Source: Longimicrobiales bacterium
GTDB lineage: Bacteria > Gemmatimonadota > Gemmatimonadetes > Longimicrobiales > Gaopeijiaceae
DNA: 64,000 nucleotides
Direction: 5' to 3'
Assembly (NCBI GenBank): GCA_965248195.1
Contig: CBDFIQ010000001.1
Coordinates: forward strand, 960,001 to 1,024,000
Positions 10,073 to 20,388 of the stretch are shown in pieces. The first letter of the stretch is position 1. Each line of letters begins with the position of its first letter. The notes beneath the pieces are model-generated. The model saw only the letters and a program-made list of their open reading frames with translations, was not told where the DNA came from and did not search any database. The translations under genes and the position numbers were made by a program.

Positions 10073-10106
10073 AGGGCCGGCGCACGTACGCGGAGGGGCC
10101 GGGCAC

Positions 10107-10817
10107 GTGACCGCCTCGTTTGAGCTTCGATCCGTTGGCCAGGCGAGGGCCGGACGTACGGTTCTTCAGGACGTCGACGTTACGATCCCTCAGCATCTGA
10201 TTACGGTCTTGGTCGGTCCATCCGGCGGAGGGAAGACGTCACTTCTCCGGCTCCTCAACCGGCTCGATGATCCGGTCCGAGGGGACATTCTTTTCGACGG
10301 TAGTCCGATCGTCGATTACGCGGTGACCGAGCTCCGACGACGGGTGGCGCTCGTCTTCCAGACCCCTGTGATGTTTCCGGGAACCGTTTCGGACAACTTG
10401 GCAGTGGCCGCTGAGCTGGCCGGTGTTCAGGCCAGTCAGTTCGATCAGCAGGCAAGCGAGGTCATGCTTCTCGCCGAGCTCGAGCCATCCCTGCTCGAAC
10501 GGCCGGGGGGTGAGTTGTCCGTGGGCCAGAAGCAGCGGGTGAACCTCGCTCGAGCGTTGATGACGTCCCCCGAGGTTCTCCTCCTGGACGAACCCACGTC
10601 GGCCCTCGATCCCGAGACCTCACGTGCCCTCATGAAGACGATCGCGAGTCTGTCTGAGGTTCGAAGACTGACCCTCGTCGTGGCTACGCATCGAGTCTCG
10701 GAGGCCGGGGACTATGCCCACCACGCCCTGGTCCTTCGGGATGGGCGTGTGGTCGAGTCCGGCGATTCGAAGCGAGTTCTGAGCGGGCTTCCGGACCCCG
10801 ATGCGACGAGTCCATGA
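10107..10817 (+). CDS. ABC transporter ATP-binding protein (FetA/YbbL-like)
   Basis: GPSGGGKT Walker A, LSVGQKQR signature, LLLDEPTSALD; next to a FetB-like gene. Confidence 0.88.
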   Translation: MTASFELRSVGQARAGRTVLQDVDVTIPQHLITVLVGPSGGGKTSLLRLLNRLDDPVRGDILFDGSPIVDYAVTELRRRVALVFQTPVMFPGTVSDNLAVAAELAGVQASQFDQQASEVMLLAELEPSLLERPGGELSVGQKQRVNLARALMTSPEVLLLDEPTSALDPETSRALMKTIASLSEVRRLTLVVATHRVSEAGDYAHHALVLRDGRVVESGDSKRVLSGLPDPDATSP

Positions 10818-10843
10818 CGAATAGATTTGACCGGAGCCGCTGA

Positions 10844-11650
10844 ATGCAGACCCCCGACATTCTCGCGCAACCTCTCCTCGACCTCACCTGGATCGACCTG
10901 ACCGTGGCCGTCGGTTTGGTGCTGATCGCCATCGGGGTCTCCGGTTGGCATCGCACCGGCCTCGCGCGGAGCTTCGCCGTGGGTGCCCTGCGCACGGTCC
11001 TTCAGCTGACACTCGTCGGCTACCTCCTGGTCTACATCTTCGCGATCGACCGCTGGTACCTGGTGGTTGCCGCCCTTCTCCTGATGCTGGCGATCGCGAG
11101 CAAAGCGGCCGTTGACCGACAGGACTCGAAGCCCGCCGGGCTGTTCGGCATTACCGGCGCCGCGCTCCTGCTCGGTTCGGGGCTGACCCTGATCTACGTC
11201 AGTGTGATGGTCGTGCACGTGGATCCCTGGTATAACCCGAGGTATCTGATCCCCCTGTTCGGCATGATCCTGGGCAACGCCATGAATGCGGCTGCCCTGG
11301 CCGCGGATCGGTTGGCCGGCGAGATGGAAACGCGTCACGCTGAGATCGAAGCGTATCTGGCGCTGGGCGCGAGCTCGGTGAGAGCGGCGCGGGAACCGGT
11401 TCGAAGGGCCCTTCGGGCTTCAATGATCCCGACGCTGAACAGTCTCATGGTCGTAGGAATCGTTTCTCTCCCCGGAATGATGACCGGGCAGATCATCGCG
11501 GGTTCGGATCCGTTGGTCGCGATTCGGTACCAGATCGTCGTGATGTTCATGCTTACGTCCGCCGTGGCGCTCGCCGCGGTCATCGTCGTACTAGGCTATC
11601 GGAGGACGTTCTTCACCCCCGCCGAACAGCTTCGAGCCAAGGACAGCTGA
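10844..11650 (+). CDS. fetB: FetB/YbbM (UPF0014) ABC permease
   Basis: GMILGNAM, GIVSLPGMMTGQIIAG, AIRYQIVVMF. Confidence 0.85.
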   Translation: MQTPDILAQPLLDLTWIDLTVAVGLVLIAIGVSGWHRTGLARSFAVGALRTVLQLTLVGYLLVYIFAIDRWYLVVAALLLMLAIASKAAVDRQDSKPAGLFGITGAALLLGSGLTLIYVSVMVVHVDPWYNPRYLIPLFGMILGNAMNAAALAADRLAGEMETRHAEIEAYLALGASSVRAAREPVRRALRASMIPTLNSLMVVGIVSLPGMMTGQIIAGSDPLVAIRYQIVVMFMLTSAVALAAVIVVLGYRRTFFTPAEQLRAKDS

Positions 11651-11715
11651 GCGCCGGCTCATCTTGCGAGGGGCTGGGCCGCATTGGCCGCTCCGATCCT
11701 GCCCACTTACGTTAT

Positions 11716-11764
11716 CCCGACCCGTTACCCGACCTGTTAACCCGACCCGTTACCCGACCCGTAA
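11716..11764. repeat. Tandem repeat CCCGACCCGTTA x4 (imperfect)
   Basis: Directly visible intergenic 12-13 bp units. Confidence 0.85.
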
Positions 11765-11806
11765 AAGGGCCCCTTTTCTGGCTATCCCTCCGACAAAGGA
11801 GCCGTC

Positions 11807-12316
11807 ATGCTCAGATTCGCCTTCCTGAGAGTTTCCTTCGCGATGCTCGCCATGCTCGTGATCCTCACGGCTCCACCGGTCGCGGCGCAGGACAGCCCGG
11901 AGGCGACCGACGTGACGTCGGCCGGAATCCAGAAGTTCATCAACGCGCTGCCGCGTGACCGCGTCAGCGACCGGGCCATTCGTATAGTTAACGTTACAGG
12001 CAACTACCAGGTCGGGGTCTGGGGCGTGTTCCGTCCGAAGGACTTTCCGGGCGGCGCCAACCTCCACGAGGTGAACACCACCGAGATCTACTACATGGTA
12101 GAAGGGGTGGCGACCCTGGTCACGGGCGGCACCTTGACCGACACCAACGCCAGTACGCCGGGCCGCGGTATCGAGGGGGGTGTTTCGCGTCGAGTCACCA
12201 AGGGGGACGTCATCATCATCCCCGGCCACACCGCTCATTGGTTCAGCGAGCTGGAGACCGACATCGAGTACCTGATTTTTCGGAGTGACCCGGACAACCG
12301 GTTCGAGCTCAGGTAG
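11807..12316 (+). CDS. Secreted cupin-domain protein
   Basis: AAGGAG RBS, signal peptide, H-x4-E (LHEVNTTEIYY) and GDVIIIPGHTAHWF cupin motifs. Confidence 0.8.
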   Translation: MLRFAFLRVSFAMLAMLVILTAPPVAAQDSPEATDVTSAGIQKFINALPRDRVSDRAIRIVNVTGNYQVGVWGVFRPKDFPGGANLHEVNTTEIYYMVEGVATLVTGGTLTDTNASTPGRGIEGGVSRRVTKGDVIIIPGHTAHWFSELETDIEYLIFRSDPDNRFELR

Positions 12317-12365
12317 GAACCGGGCTCAGGTAGGAACCGGGCTCAGTAGAACCGGGCTCAGGTAG
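12296..12365. repeat. Tandem repeat AACCGGGCTCAGGTAGG x4 (imperfect) copying the cupin stop region
   Basis: Directly visible between convergent genes. Confidence 0.85.
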
Positions 12366-12369
12366 CCCC

Positions 12370-13539
12370 CTACGCCTCCAGCGCCTGCTCCACATCAGCG
12401 ATCACGTCCCGAAGGTCTTCCAGGCCGACGGAGATGCGGATCAGGCCCGGCGTGATGCCCACCGCCTGGCGCTCCTCTTCCGTGAGCTTGGCGTGCGTGG
12501 TGGACCCCGGATGGCTGACGATCGTGCGTGTGTCGCCGAGATTCGCAGTGAGCGAGCACAACTTCACGGAGTCCATGAAGCGCTTCCCCTGCTCGAGCCC
12601 GCCCTCGACGACGAAAGAGAGGATGCCGCCGCCGGAAGACATCTGCCGCTTGGCGATCTCGTGCTGCGGATGGGAAGGGAGGAACGGATACCGCACGGAG
12701 GCGACCCCCGGCCGCCCCTCCAACCACTCTGCCACGGCCAACGCATTTTCCGAATGCCTCTGCATCCGAACCTCGAGCGTCTCCACGCTCTTGGAGAGCA
12801 CCCACGCGTTGAACGGCGATAGGGCAGGCCCGGTAGCCCGCGCGAAGTCGTAGATCTCCTGCACCAGTTCCTTTCCGCCCACCACCACGCCGCCCATCAC
12901 GCGGCCCTGCCCATCGAGGTACTTAGTTGCGGAGTGGATCGAAAGGTGCGCGCCGAACTCGAGAGGACGCTGCAAGATCGGTGTGGCGAAGCAGTTGTCC
13001 ACGACCAGGATGACGCCCTTTTCGGCGGCCAGCTTCCCCAGCCACTCGAGGTCCACCAGGTCCACCGCCGGGTTCGTGGGTGTCTCCACGAAGATCATGC
13101 GGGTGTTGTCGCGAATCTCGCCGGGCCACGACTCGGGGTTCGCCACGTCGACGTACGTATGCGTGATCCCGAACCGAGGCAGGATCTTGGTGAGAATCGT
13201 GTGGGTCGATCCGAAGAGCGACCGGCACGCCAGGATATGCTCCCCACTGGAGAGCAGCGCTCCGAACGTGGCGAACACGGCAGCCATGCCCGTGGCCGTG
13301 GAGTGTCCCGCCTCGGCACCCTCCAGGCGACGGATCTTCTCGGAGAGCTCCTCGACGTTCGGATTCGTGAAGCGGGCATAGATGTTCCGGTCGATCTCGC
13401 CCGCGAAGGCCGCACGCATCTCCTCGCTGTCTTCGAAGACGAAGCTCGACGTCAGGAAGATCGGCACCGAGTGTTCGTGGTGCGATGATTCCTCGGCCTG
13501 TGCTCGCACGGCCCACGTTTGGGGTTTCCAATCCTTCAT
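12370..13539 (-). CDS. metZ: O-succinylhomoserine sulfhydrylase / Cys-Met metabolism PLP enzyme
   Basis: YARFTNP, ETPTNP, VDNCFATP, HSATKY (PLP Lys), ANLGDTRT, LIRISVGLE. Confidence 0.88.
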   Translation of the reverse strand: MKDWKPQTWAVRAQAEESSHHEHSVPIFLTSSFVFEDSEEMRAAFAGEIDRNIYARFTNPNVEELSEKIRRLEGAEAGHSTATGMAAVFATFGALLSSGEHILACRSLFGSTHTILTKILPRFGITHTYVDVANPESWPGEIRDNTRMIFVETPTNPAVDLVDLEWLGKLAAEKGVILVVDNCFATPILQRPLEFGAHLSIHSATKYLDGQGRVMGGVVVGGKELVQEIYDFARATGPALSPFNAWVLSKSVETLEVRMQRHSENALAVAEWLEGRPGVASVRYPFLPSHPQHEIAKRQMSSGGGILSFVVEGGLEQGKRFMDSVKLCSLTANLGDTRTIVSHPGSTTHAKLTEEERQAVGITPGLIRISVGLEDLRDVIADVEQALEA

Positions 13540-13548
13540 GTCTGAACT

Positions 13549-16500
13549 CTACTCCAAACGAATCATCAAGTCACCGGGCGTCACCTGGCTCCCCCGGTAC
13601 ACCAGCACCTCGGCCACCTTTCCGTCCCTCTCGGCGTAGAGGGTGGTCTCCATTTTCATGGCCTCCAAGCTCAGCAGCTTGTCCCCCTGCGCCACGGTCC
13701 CGCCCACCTCGACGGCCACGTCCACGACCATGCCGGGCATGCTCGAGCCGATCTGCTTGGGATCGTCCGGATCCGCCTGCACGGCGGCTAGGGTCTCCGG
13801 TTCGAGTGTTCGGTCGACCACGGTGACATCCCGCGGCTGTCCGTTCAGCTCGAAGAACACCGTACGTTTTCCGTCCGAATGGGGCTCACCGACCGTAAGA
13901 AAGTTCACGATGAGCGTCTTCCCGCGCTCGATGTCGACGGCGATCTCCTCGCCCGCCTCCTGACCGTAGAAGAAGACCGGCGTGGGTAGTACCGAGGTGT
14001 CGGAGTACTTGCTCTGATGGTCCGCAAAGTCGCGGTAAACCTTCGGGTAAAGCAGGTACGAGATCACGTCGCTCCGCGCGGGCTCCCGGCCCAGCATCTT
14101 CTCGACGGTGTCGGTGGCCTCCTTGAAATCAACAGGCTCCAGCGTCTCACCTGGGCGGCCGCTCAGACCCGGTTCACCGCGCAGTACGCGCTTCTTCACC
14201 TTTTTCGGAAAACCGCCCGGCGGCTGTCCCATTCCTCCACCGATCAAATCGACCACGGAAGCAGGAAACGCCACCTCGCGGCTCGGATCCAGAACATCCT
14301 CCGGTGTGAGCTCATTCGCGACCATGAACAACGCCATGTCGCCCACAGCCTTGGAGGTCGGCGTCACCTTCACGATGTCGCCGAAGAGCTCGTTCACGTC
14401 CGCGTAAACCCGGCAGACTTCGGCCCATCGATCGGCCAGACCCAGGGCACGGGCTTGCTGGAAAAGGTTGGTGTATTGGCCGCCAGGCATCTCGTGGCTA
14501 TACAGGTCTGCGGTAGCGGGCCGTCCGTGGCCCTCGAACGGTGAGTAGAAGTCGCGGGCCGCCCTCCAGTAGTCCGCGATGTCGTCCAGGTCCTGCCTCG
14601 TCAGTCCCGGATCGCGGGGAGTGAAGCGGAGCGCCTCGGCCACCGTGTTGATGTTCGGTTGGGACGTCGTGCCCGACATCGGGGCCATGGCAGCATCCGC
14701 TATGTCGAGTCCTTCCTCCGCGCTTTGCAGGATCGCCGCAGCCTGCACGCCGGCGGTGTCGTGTGTGTGGAAGTGGATCGGAATGCCCACCTCGTCCTTG
14801 AGAGCACGCACCAGCTTCGCGGCCGCGTACGGCTTGCAGAGCCCGGCCATGTCCTTGAGCGCGAGGATGTGTGCGCCCATCCCCTCCAACTCCTTGGCCA
14901 GCTTCACATAGTACTTCAGGTCGTACTTCGTGCGGCTGTCATCGAGGATGTCCCCGGTGTAACAGATCGAAGCCTCGCAGAGCGCGTCTGCCTTGAGCAC
15001 CGCCTCCATCGCCACCCGCATGTTGTCCGTCCAGTTGAGGGCGTCGAACACACGAAACAGATCGATGCCCGCGGCGGCCGCCTCTTCGACGAACGCCTCC
15101 ACGAGGTTGTCCGGATAGTTCGTGTACCCAACCGCGTTCGAAGCGCGCAGCAACATCTGAAAGAGGATGTTCGGAATGCGCTCTCTTAGGTCGGTCAGGC
15201 GCTGCCAAGGGCACTCCTTCAAGAACCGCAGCGAAACGTCGAACGTGGCGCCGCCCCACACCTCGAGCGAGAACAACTCCGAGCCACGCCGGGCGTACGC
15301 ATCGGCTACCCTGAGCAGGTCGTGCGTACGGAAGCGGGTGGCCAACAGCGACTGATGCGCGTCCCGGAACGTGGTGTCGGTAAGGAGCAGCCGCTCCTGG
15401 TCGGAGATCCAACCGCCGAACTTCATGGCCCCGAGGTCCCGGAACGTTTGCCGGGTGCCGTCCGGAATCGGGCTCTGGTAATCGACCTTCGGAACGGGGG
15501 CGGGCTCGCGCCGCGTGGCCCGCGCGTGATCCCTCACTGAAGGGTTTCCGTTGACGATCGTAGCTCCGAGATACGTCAGAAGTCGCGTCGCGCGGTCCCG
15601 CCGCTTGGGCAGCTCGAACAACTCGGGCGTATGATCGATGAAACGCGTCGTGCATCCACCCTTCAGAAACTGCTCGTGCGTCACCAAGCGAATCAAGAAC
15701 GGAATGTTCGTCTTCACGCCCCGAATGCGGAACTCCTGGAGGCAGCGCTCCATGCGCCTGGCCGCGTCGATGAAGCGCGTCCCCCGGGCTGTCACCTTCA
15801 CGAGCAGGGAGTCGTAGTGGGGGTTTACCACCGCACCACTGAACGCACTGCCTGCGTCGAGCCGCACTCCCATCCCCGCAGCCGAGCGGTAGTGCGACAC
15901 ACGCCCGTAATCGGGCATGAAATCGTTCACGGGATCTTCGGTGGTCACACGGCACTGCATGGCATAACCCTGAGTCCGCACGGCGACCTGGGAGGGTAAG
16001 CCGATCTCCTCGTCGTCGAGCGGCTTCCCCTGGGCGACCAGGATCTGCGATTTGACGAGGTCCACACCGGTGATCTCCTCGGTGACCGTGTGCTCCACCT
16101 GGATGCGGGGATTCACCTCGATGAAGTAGAAGTCGCCCTCGTCCTGATCGACGAGAAACTCCACGGTACCCGCGTTCTGGTAGGCGACCTCACGGCCGAT
16201 CGCCACCGCCGCCTCGAGGAGGCCACGGCGGACCTTCTCGTCCAGGGCCAGCGCCGGAGCGATCTCCACCACCTTCTGGTGGCGCCTCTGCACAGAGCAG
16301 TCGCGTTCGTACAGATGGACCAGGTTGCCGTGCTTGTCGCCCAGAAGTTGGACCTCTATGTGGCGCGCCCTCTGGACGAAACGCTCGACGAAAACGTCCT
16401 CACTCCCGAAAGCCATGAGTGACTCCCGCTGAGCATCGTTGAAGGCTCCTGGAAAGTCATTCGGATGACTCACCACGCGCATTCCCCGTCCGCCACCGCC

Positions 16501-16992
16501 CTTGGCGGCCTTGAGAATGACGGGATACCCCACCTTCCCTGCCTCCCGCTCCCCATCGATCACGTCGAGAAGCGAATTCTCGCTACCCCCGAGCACCGGT
16601 ACGCCGGCGTCGGTGGCGATCCTCCGGGCCTCGGTTTTGTCGCCCAGGCGCTCGAGCGCCTCCACCTGGGGACCGATAAAGATGATCCCCGCCCGCTCAC
16701 AGGCACGGGCGAACTCAGGATTTTCGGACAGGAATCCGTACCCGGGGTGGATCGCGTCCACCTGATTTTCCTGGGCCAAAGAGACGATCCACTCGATGTC
16801 GAGGTAGGCCCGGATCGGCTCCTCCGGCTTTCCGATCAGATACGCTTCATCGGCCTTGAAGCGGTGTAGCGCGTATCGATCCTTGTGCGAATAGATCGCC
16901 ACCGTCCGAATGCCCAGCTCATGGCCGGTGCGGAAGACGCGAATCGCGATCTCGCTACGATTGGCGACTAGGAGCTTCTTGATCTCTTTCAT
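13549..16992 (-). CDS. pyc: Pyruvate carboxylase
   Basis: ANRSEIAIR biotin carboxylase start, ERDCSVQRRHQK, DTTFRDAHQS, HEMPGGQYTNL, EAMKM biotin site. Confidence 0.97.
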   Translation of the reverse strand: MKEIKKLLVANRSEIAIRVFRTGHELGIRTVAIYSHKDRYALHRFKADEAYLIGKPEEPIRAYLDIEWIVSLAQENQVDAIHPGYGFLSENPEFARACERAGIIFIGPQVEALERLGDKTEARRIATDAGVPVLGGSENSLLDVIDGEREAGKVGYPVILKAAKGGGGRGMRVVSHPNDFPGAFNDAQRESLMAFGSEDVFVERFVQRARHIEVQLLGDKHGNLVHLYERDCSVQRRHQKVVEIAPALALDEKVRRGLLEAAVAIGREVAYQNAGTVEFLVDQDEGDFYFIEVNPRIQVEHTVTEEITGVDLVKSQILVAQGKPLDDEEIGLPSQVAVRTQGYAMQCRVTTEDPVNDFMPDYGRVSHYRSAAGMGVRLDAGSAFSGAVVNPHYDSLLVKVTARGTRFIDAARRMERCLQEFRIRGVKTNIPFLIRLVTHEQFLKGGCTTRFIDHTPELFELPKRRDRATRLLTYLGATIVNGNPSVRDHARATRREPAPVPKVDYQSPIPDGTRQTFRDLGAMKFGGWISDQERLLLTDTTFRDAHQSLLATRFRTHDLLRVADAYARRGSELFSLEVWGGATFDVSLRFLKECPWQRLTDLRERIPNILFQMLLRASNAVGYTNYPDNLVEAFVEEAAAAGIDLFRVFDALNWTDNMRVAMEAVLKADALCEASICYTGDILDDSRTKYDLKYYVKLAKELEGMGAHILALKDMAGLCKPYAAAKLVRALKDEVGIPIHFHTHDTAGVQAAAILQSAEEGLDIADAAMAPMSGTTSQPNINTVAEALRFTPRDPGLTRQDLDDIADYWRAARDFYSPFEGHGRPATADLYSHEMPGGQYTNLFQQARALGLADRWAEVCRVYADVNELFGDIVKVTPTSKAVGDMALFMVANELTPEDVLDPSREVAFPASVVDLIGGGMGQPPGGFPKKVKKRVLRGEPGLSGRPGETLEPVDFKEATDTVEKMLGREPARSDVISYLLYPKVYRDFADHQSKYSDTSVLPTPVFFYGQEAGEEIAVDIERGKTLIVNFLTVGEPHSDGKRTVFFELNGQPRDVTVVDRTLEPETLAAVQADPDDPKQIGSSMPGMVVDVAVEVGGTVAQGDKLLSLEAMKMETTLYAERDGKVAEVLVYRGSQVTPGDLMIRLE

Positions 16993-17013
16993 GAGGTGAG
17001 GCGATAGGAAAAC

Positions 17014-17149
17014 CGAGTAACCGTCCCCGGCGAGTGACCGTCCCCGGGCGAGTGACCGTCCCGGGAAGGTGGACAATCTAGACAGGTCGAGGCAAGGTGG
17101 GCTATTCTTGCCGACCAGTCCGGATTCACACAAACCGGATTCACACAAA
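17014..17149. repeat. Two short tandem repeats in the divergent promoter region
   Basis: CGAGTGACCGTCCCCGG ~x3 (17014-17065) and CCGGATTCACACAAA x2 (17120-17149). Confidence 0.75.
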
Positions 17150-17162
17150 AGGGGTGATTCAG

Positions 17163-18224
17163 ATGAAACTCTTACTTTCCGTTTTCGTAGCGGGTTCGTT
17201 GGCACTCGCCCCAGCAGGATCCACCTCTGCTCGCGCAGCGGCGCAGGGCGCCCAGGAGAGGTTCGAGGTGCATCCGTCCACGCAGGACCCGGCGGTCAAA
17301 GTCACCCTCGAGACGCTCGAGCGCTGGGAGACCGAGCTGTCGAACTGGGGTCGCTGGGGTCCGAAGGACCAGCGCGGCGCACTCAACCTGATCACCCCGG
17401 AAAAGACCCGGGCCGCTGCGCGTCTCGTAGAAGACGGCGTCACGGTATCCCTCGGCCACTTCGTCACCGGGGAAGACGCGATCGACAGCCAGAACTTCGG
17501 ACCGACCGAGCACTGGATGACCTCGATCGACCCGAACACAGGGGAGGTTCGGGGCGCCCTCGATGCCATGAGCTTCTCGCTGCATGACGGTCAAATGGCC
17601 CACATGGACGCCCTCTGCCACTACGCCACCCAGCGGGACGGCAAGGCCATCATCTTCAACGGCTACCCGCAGAACCTGACCATCGGCGGATGCACCGGGG
17701 ATCTCTCCATCAGCGATATGGGTCCCGGCTACGTCACGAGGGGCATTCTGGTGGACATGCCGCTGCTGCGAGGCGTCGACTGGCTCGACCCGAGCACACC
17801 CATCTACGTGTCCGATCTCGAGGAGTGGGAGGCGTTCGCGGGAATCACCGTCTCGAGCGGCGACGTGCTCTTCATTCGCGGAGGCCGTTGGGCCAGGCGT
17901 GAAGCAATCGGTCCGTGGAACTACGCGCGCGGCGGGGCCGGCCTGCACGCCTCCGTGCTGCCGTGGCTCAAGGAGCGAGGTGTGTCGCTCCTGGTCGGCG
18001 ACGCCGTGAACGACGTTCAGCCGTCCGGCGTGGCGGGCATCAACCGCCCGATCCACACCATGACGCAGGTCTTCATCGGTCTGCCGCTGGTCGACAACGG
18101 CTACCTGGAGGACGTCGCCAGAGAGGCTGCGAGCCGGCAGCGCTGGGAGTTCATGGTGTCGTGGCAGATCACCAAGGTGCCGGATGGGACGGCTAGTCCG
18201 TTTAATGCGATCGCGACGTTCTAG
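17163..18224 (+). CDS. Secreted cyclase-family (kynurenine formamidase-like) metal hydrolase
   Basis: Signal peptide; SNWGRWG..DQRGALNLIT, H..HMDALCH, TRGILVD, ASPFNAIATF. Confidence 0.85.
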   Translation: MKLLLSVFVAGSLALAPAGSTSARAAAQGAQERFEVHPSTQDPAVKVTLETLERWETELSNWGRWGPKDQRGALNLITPEKTRAAARLVEDGVTVSLGHFVTGEDAIDSQNFGPTEHWMTSIDPNTGEVRGALDAMSFSLHDGQMAHMDALCHYATQRDGKAIIFNGYPQNLTIGGCTGDLSISDMGPGYVTRGILVDMPLLRGVDWLDPSTPIYVSDLEEWEAFAGITVSSGDVLFIRGGRWARREAIGPWNYARGGAGLHASVLPWLKERGVSLLVGDAVNDVQPSGVAGINRPIHTMTQVFIGLPLVDNGYLEDVAREAASRQRWEFMVSWQITKVPDGTASPFNAIATF

Positions 18225-18249
18225 GGGAGCTCTACAGAAGAAGTAATGG

Positions 18250-18285
18250 GCGGGGCGCTCCGGTCGCGGGGCGTCTCGCTTTTTT
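18250..18285 (+). terminator. Intrinsic terminator
   Basis: GCGGGGCGCTCC-loop-GGGGCGTCTCGC followed by a T run. Confidence 0.75.
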
Positions 18286-18550
18286 AGTTCCCCATCCGCT
18301 GGCGAAGCTCCTCGAACCAGTTCACCACAACCAGGAATCGCTCTGATCCTGAAGCCCCCCCGTCCAGGTCCGTGGCGGCGACATCCTGCGGGACCACCAG
18401 CCGGAGGGGGGTGAGCGCTTCTTGCATTAATTTCCTTGTATTCGCGTAAGGCCACGTCCCATTTTTGATCTATTACGCTAGGGGACGGGCGGATAACTGA
18501 AAACCCCCTCTTGCTGAGCCCCCTCCCCCAGGGCTTACGCGAACCCTTAG

Positions 18551-19534
18551 GGAACACATCTCGCTGGCCCGGAGAAAATCGTAATCGTACTTCTCGTCAA
18601 CAGCCACGAGTGGACCGCGCGGTCGTTGGAGAGCGTCCTCCAGCTGGCGGGATTTACGGTTGTCAAGGCCTATACCGGTCGGCAAGCGATCGAATTGGCC
18701 GTCAGGCTCCGGCCCGACCTCGTCATCGTGGACTGCAAACTGACCGACATTATGGGTTTGGACGCTTGCCGTGCGATGAGAGAACTGCCGACGGTGGACG
18801 ATACTACCCCCTTCGTCATCACCACGACCGACAGTCTCAACAGGAAGGAGCGCCACGAGTGCTTTAGAGCGGGTATTTGGGATATCTTTTCTTCACCGTT
18901 CGATCCGGTCGAGCTTGTCGGTAAGCTGGAGGCATTCCTCAGTGCCCGTAGACAGGTCGAGCATGCTTTGGAGTCCACCCACAAGGATCCGGCAACCGGC
19001 CTCTATAACTGGAACGGGTTGTTCGCGAGGGCGGTGGAGTTGGTTGCGGACGCACAACGGAACCGCCGGTGGACCGCGTGTGTGGCTCTGGGGCCAAGGG
19101 AGGGCCAGACGGTCGTTTCCTCTGAAGGGCTTGTGGAGGGTTCTTCCGATAAGGTCCTCCGGATTTCCCTGAGCGATCCGGGGTCTCCCCGGCTTCTCGA
19201 CCGCATTGCGACAGCTCTTTTCGAGGCAACCCGGGACTCGGACTCTACGGGTATCCTGGACACGAACGACTTCCTCGTCTTAGCCCCTGGAACGGATGAG
19301 GAAGGTGCGGCGACGCTCGCGACGCGACTCGTCGAGGCCCTCAACGACCAAGCCATCCTCAAGGAGCGCCGGCGGTCCGAGCTGCGGTTCTCGGCAGGGT
19401 ATTATGCCGCTCTCGATGGAGCGGGGGGCTCACTCACGGCTAACGATCTAATAGGGCGGAGTATGGAGGCTCTTCGAGCGGCTCAAGTTGCCGACGCCCA
19501 ATCAGGGACGATTCTAGCGTTCCATCCTGCCTAG
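18551..19534 (+). CDS. Response regulator with degenerate GGDEF domain; 5' end lacks an in-frame start
   Basis: Receiver VLLVNSHEWTARSLESVL...PDLVIVD; DPATGLYN; RDSD-x5-DTNDF in place of GGDEF. Confidence 0.75.
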   Translation, partial: GTHLAGPEKIVIVLLVNSHEWTARSLESVLQLAGFTVVKAYTGRQAIELAVRLRPDLVIVDCKLTDIMGLDACRAMRELPTVDDTTPFVITTTDSLNRKERHECFRAGIWDIFSSPFDPVELVGKLEAFLSARRQVEHALESTHKDPATGLYNWNGLFARAVELVADAQRNRRWTACVALGPREGQTVVSSEGLVEGSSDKVLRISLSDPGSPRLLDRIATALFEATRDSDSTGILDTNDFLVLAPGTDEEGAATLATRLVEALNDQAILKERRRSELRFSAGYYAALDGAGGSLTANDLIGRSMEALRAAQVADAQSGTILAFHPA

Positions 19535-19837
19535 AAGGGCCTTTGGGTCCGCCGGTTCATCTCTGGCGCCGTACCTGTCGCTATCGCAAGTCTGATCGCC
19601 TCCTCACGGCCACCTCCGAACGATGGGGGTGGGCGTCTCTTTTTAGGGCGACTTCACGATGGTGTGACCAGAGTCGAAAGCGCGTTCTCTCACGCCAGCA
19701 GGTCGCGGACGTTTTCGTAAACTCCCGGCGTGGGGGGTGCGGTCATGAGTGGGCCGAGCTCGGCCCAGATGCTTTGTATCTGGGTGGCGGCGGCTGGTGC
19801 CCCTCACTGATGCGATTCGCAATCGGCACCCGCTGCA

Positions 19838-20275
19838 CTAGCCAGCCGCAGCTTCCACAGACGGCTCAATGTGCCCAAGCTGGGTCATCATCGTGAGCTG
19901 GTCATAATAGATGTTGCCGGATACGATCTGGCCATTGTCGTCGAAACGCATGAGCTCGCAGAAAGGGACGTCGATCTCGCGACCGGTCTTGGGGAGAGGT
20001 CCGAAAGCGCCGTCGTTAACGCCTCGCGCCATGAACTGAGCGATCACGGTGTCGCCGGCGTCCAGGTAAATTGGGTCGGACACCGCGGCGTTGGAAAACG
20101 CACTTACCCAGCCTTGCATGAACTCTTTGAAGCCGTTGCGTCCTGTGAAGGTGACATTGCGAGCTTGATCACGATATGTGAAATCTTCGGCCATCTTGCT
20201 CACCACCCCATCGAAGTCACGCCTGTTGAAGGCCTGGTGCGCCGCACGGAAGGTCTCCACGTTCTGTGATGCCAT
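19838..20275 (-). CDS. SnoaL-like/NTF2-fold ester cyclase
   Basis: AGGAGG RBS; AFNRRDFD, GPLPKTGR, YYDQLTMMTQLG. Confidence 0.85.
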   Translation of the reverse strand: MASQNVETFRAAHQAFNRRDFDGVVSKMAEDFTYRDQARNVTFTGRNGFKEFMQGWVSAFSNAAVSDPIYLDAGDTVIAQFMARGVNDGAFGPLPKTGREIDVPFCELMRFDDNGQIVSGNIYYDQLTMMTQLGHIEPSVEAAAG

Positions 20276-20388
20276 GATCCACCTCCTTTTAGTTCTGATC
20301 CTGTCCGATTAGAAATGCAGCCGAGCAGCCTGAGGTGCAAGCACAGAGCCGACAGCTGCTCGGTGAATCACCATGGGGTGGCCGTCCC

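Noticed and set aside
12296..12365. Repeat cluster as a CRISPR array
   Set aside because: Units abut with no unique spacers, are only ~17 bp, and no cas genes are present.
16993..17205. N-terminal extension of pyruvate carboxylase in the ORF track
   Set aside because: It overlaps the divergent gene and is built from tandem repeats; homology starts at MKEIKKLL (16992).
19543..19837. 117-aa ORF or RNA between convergent genes
   Set aside because: No RBS, motif or convincing structure.
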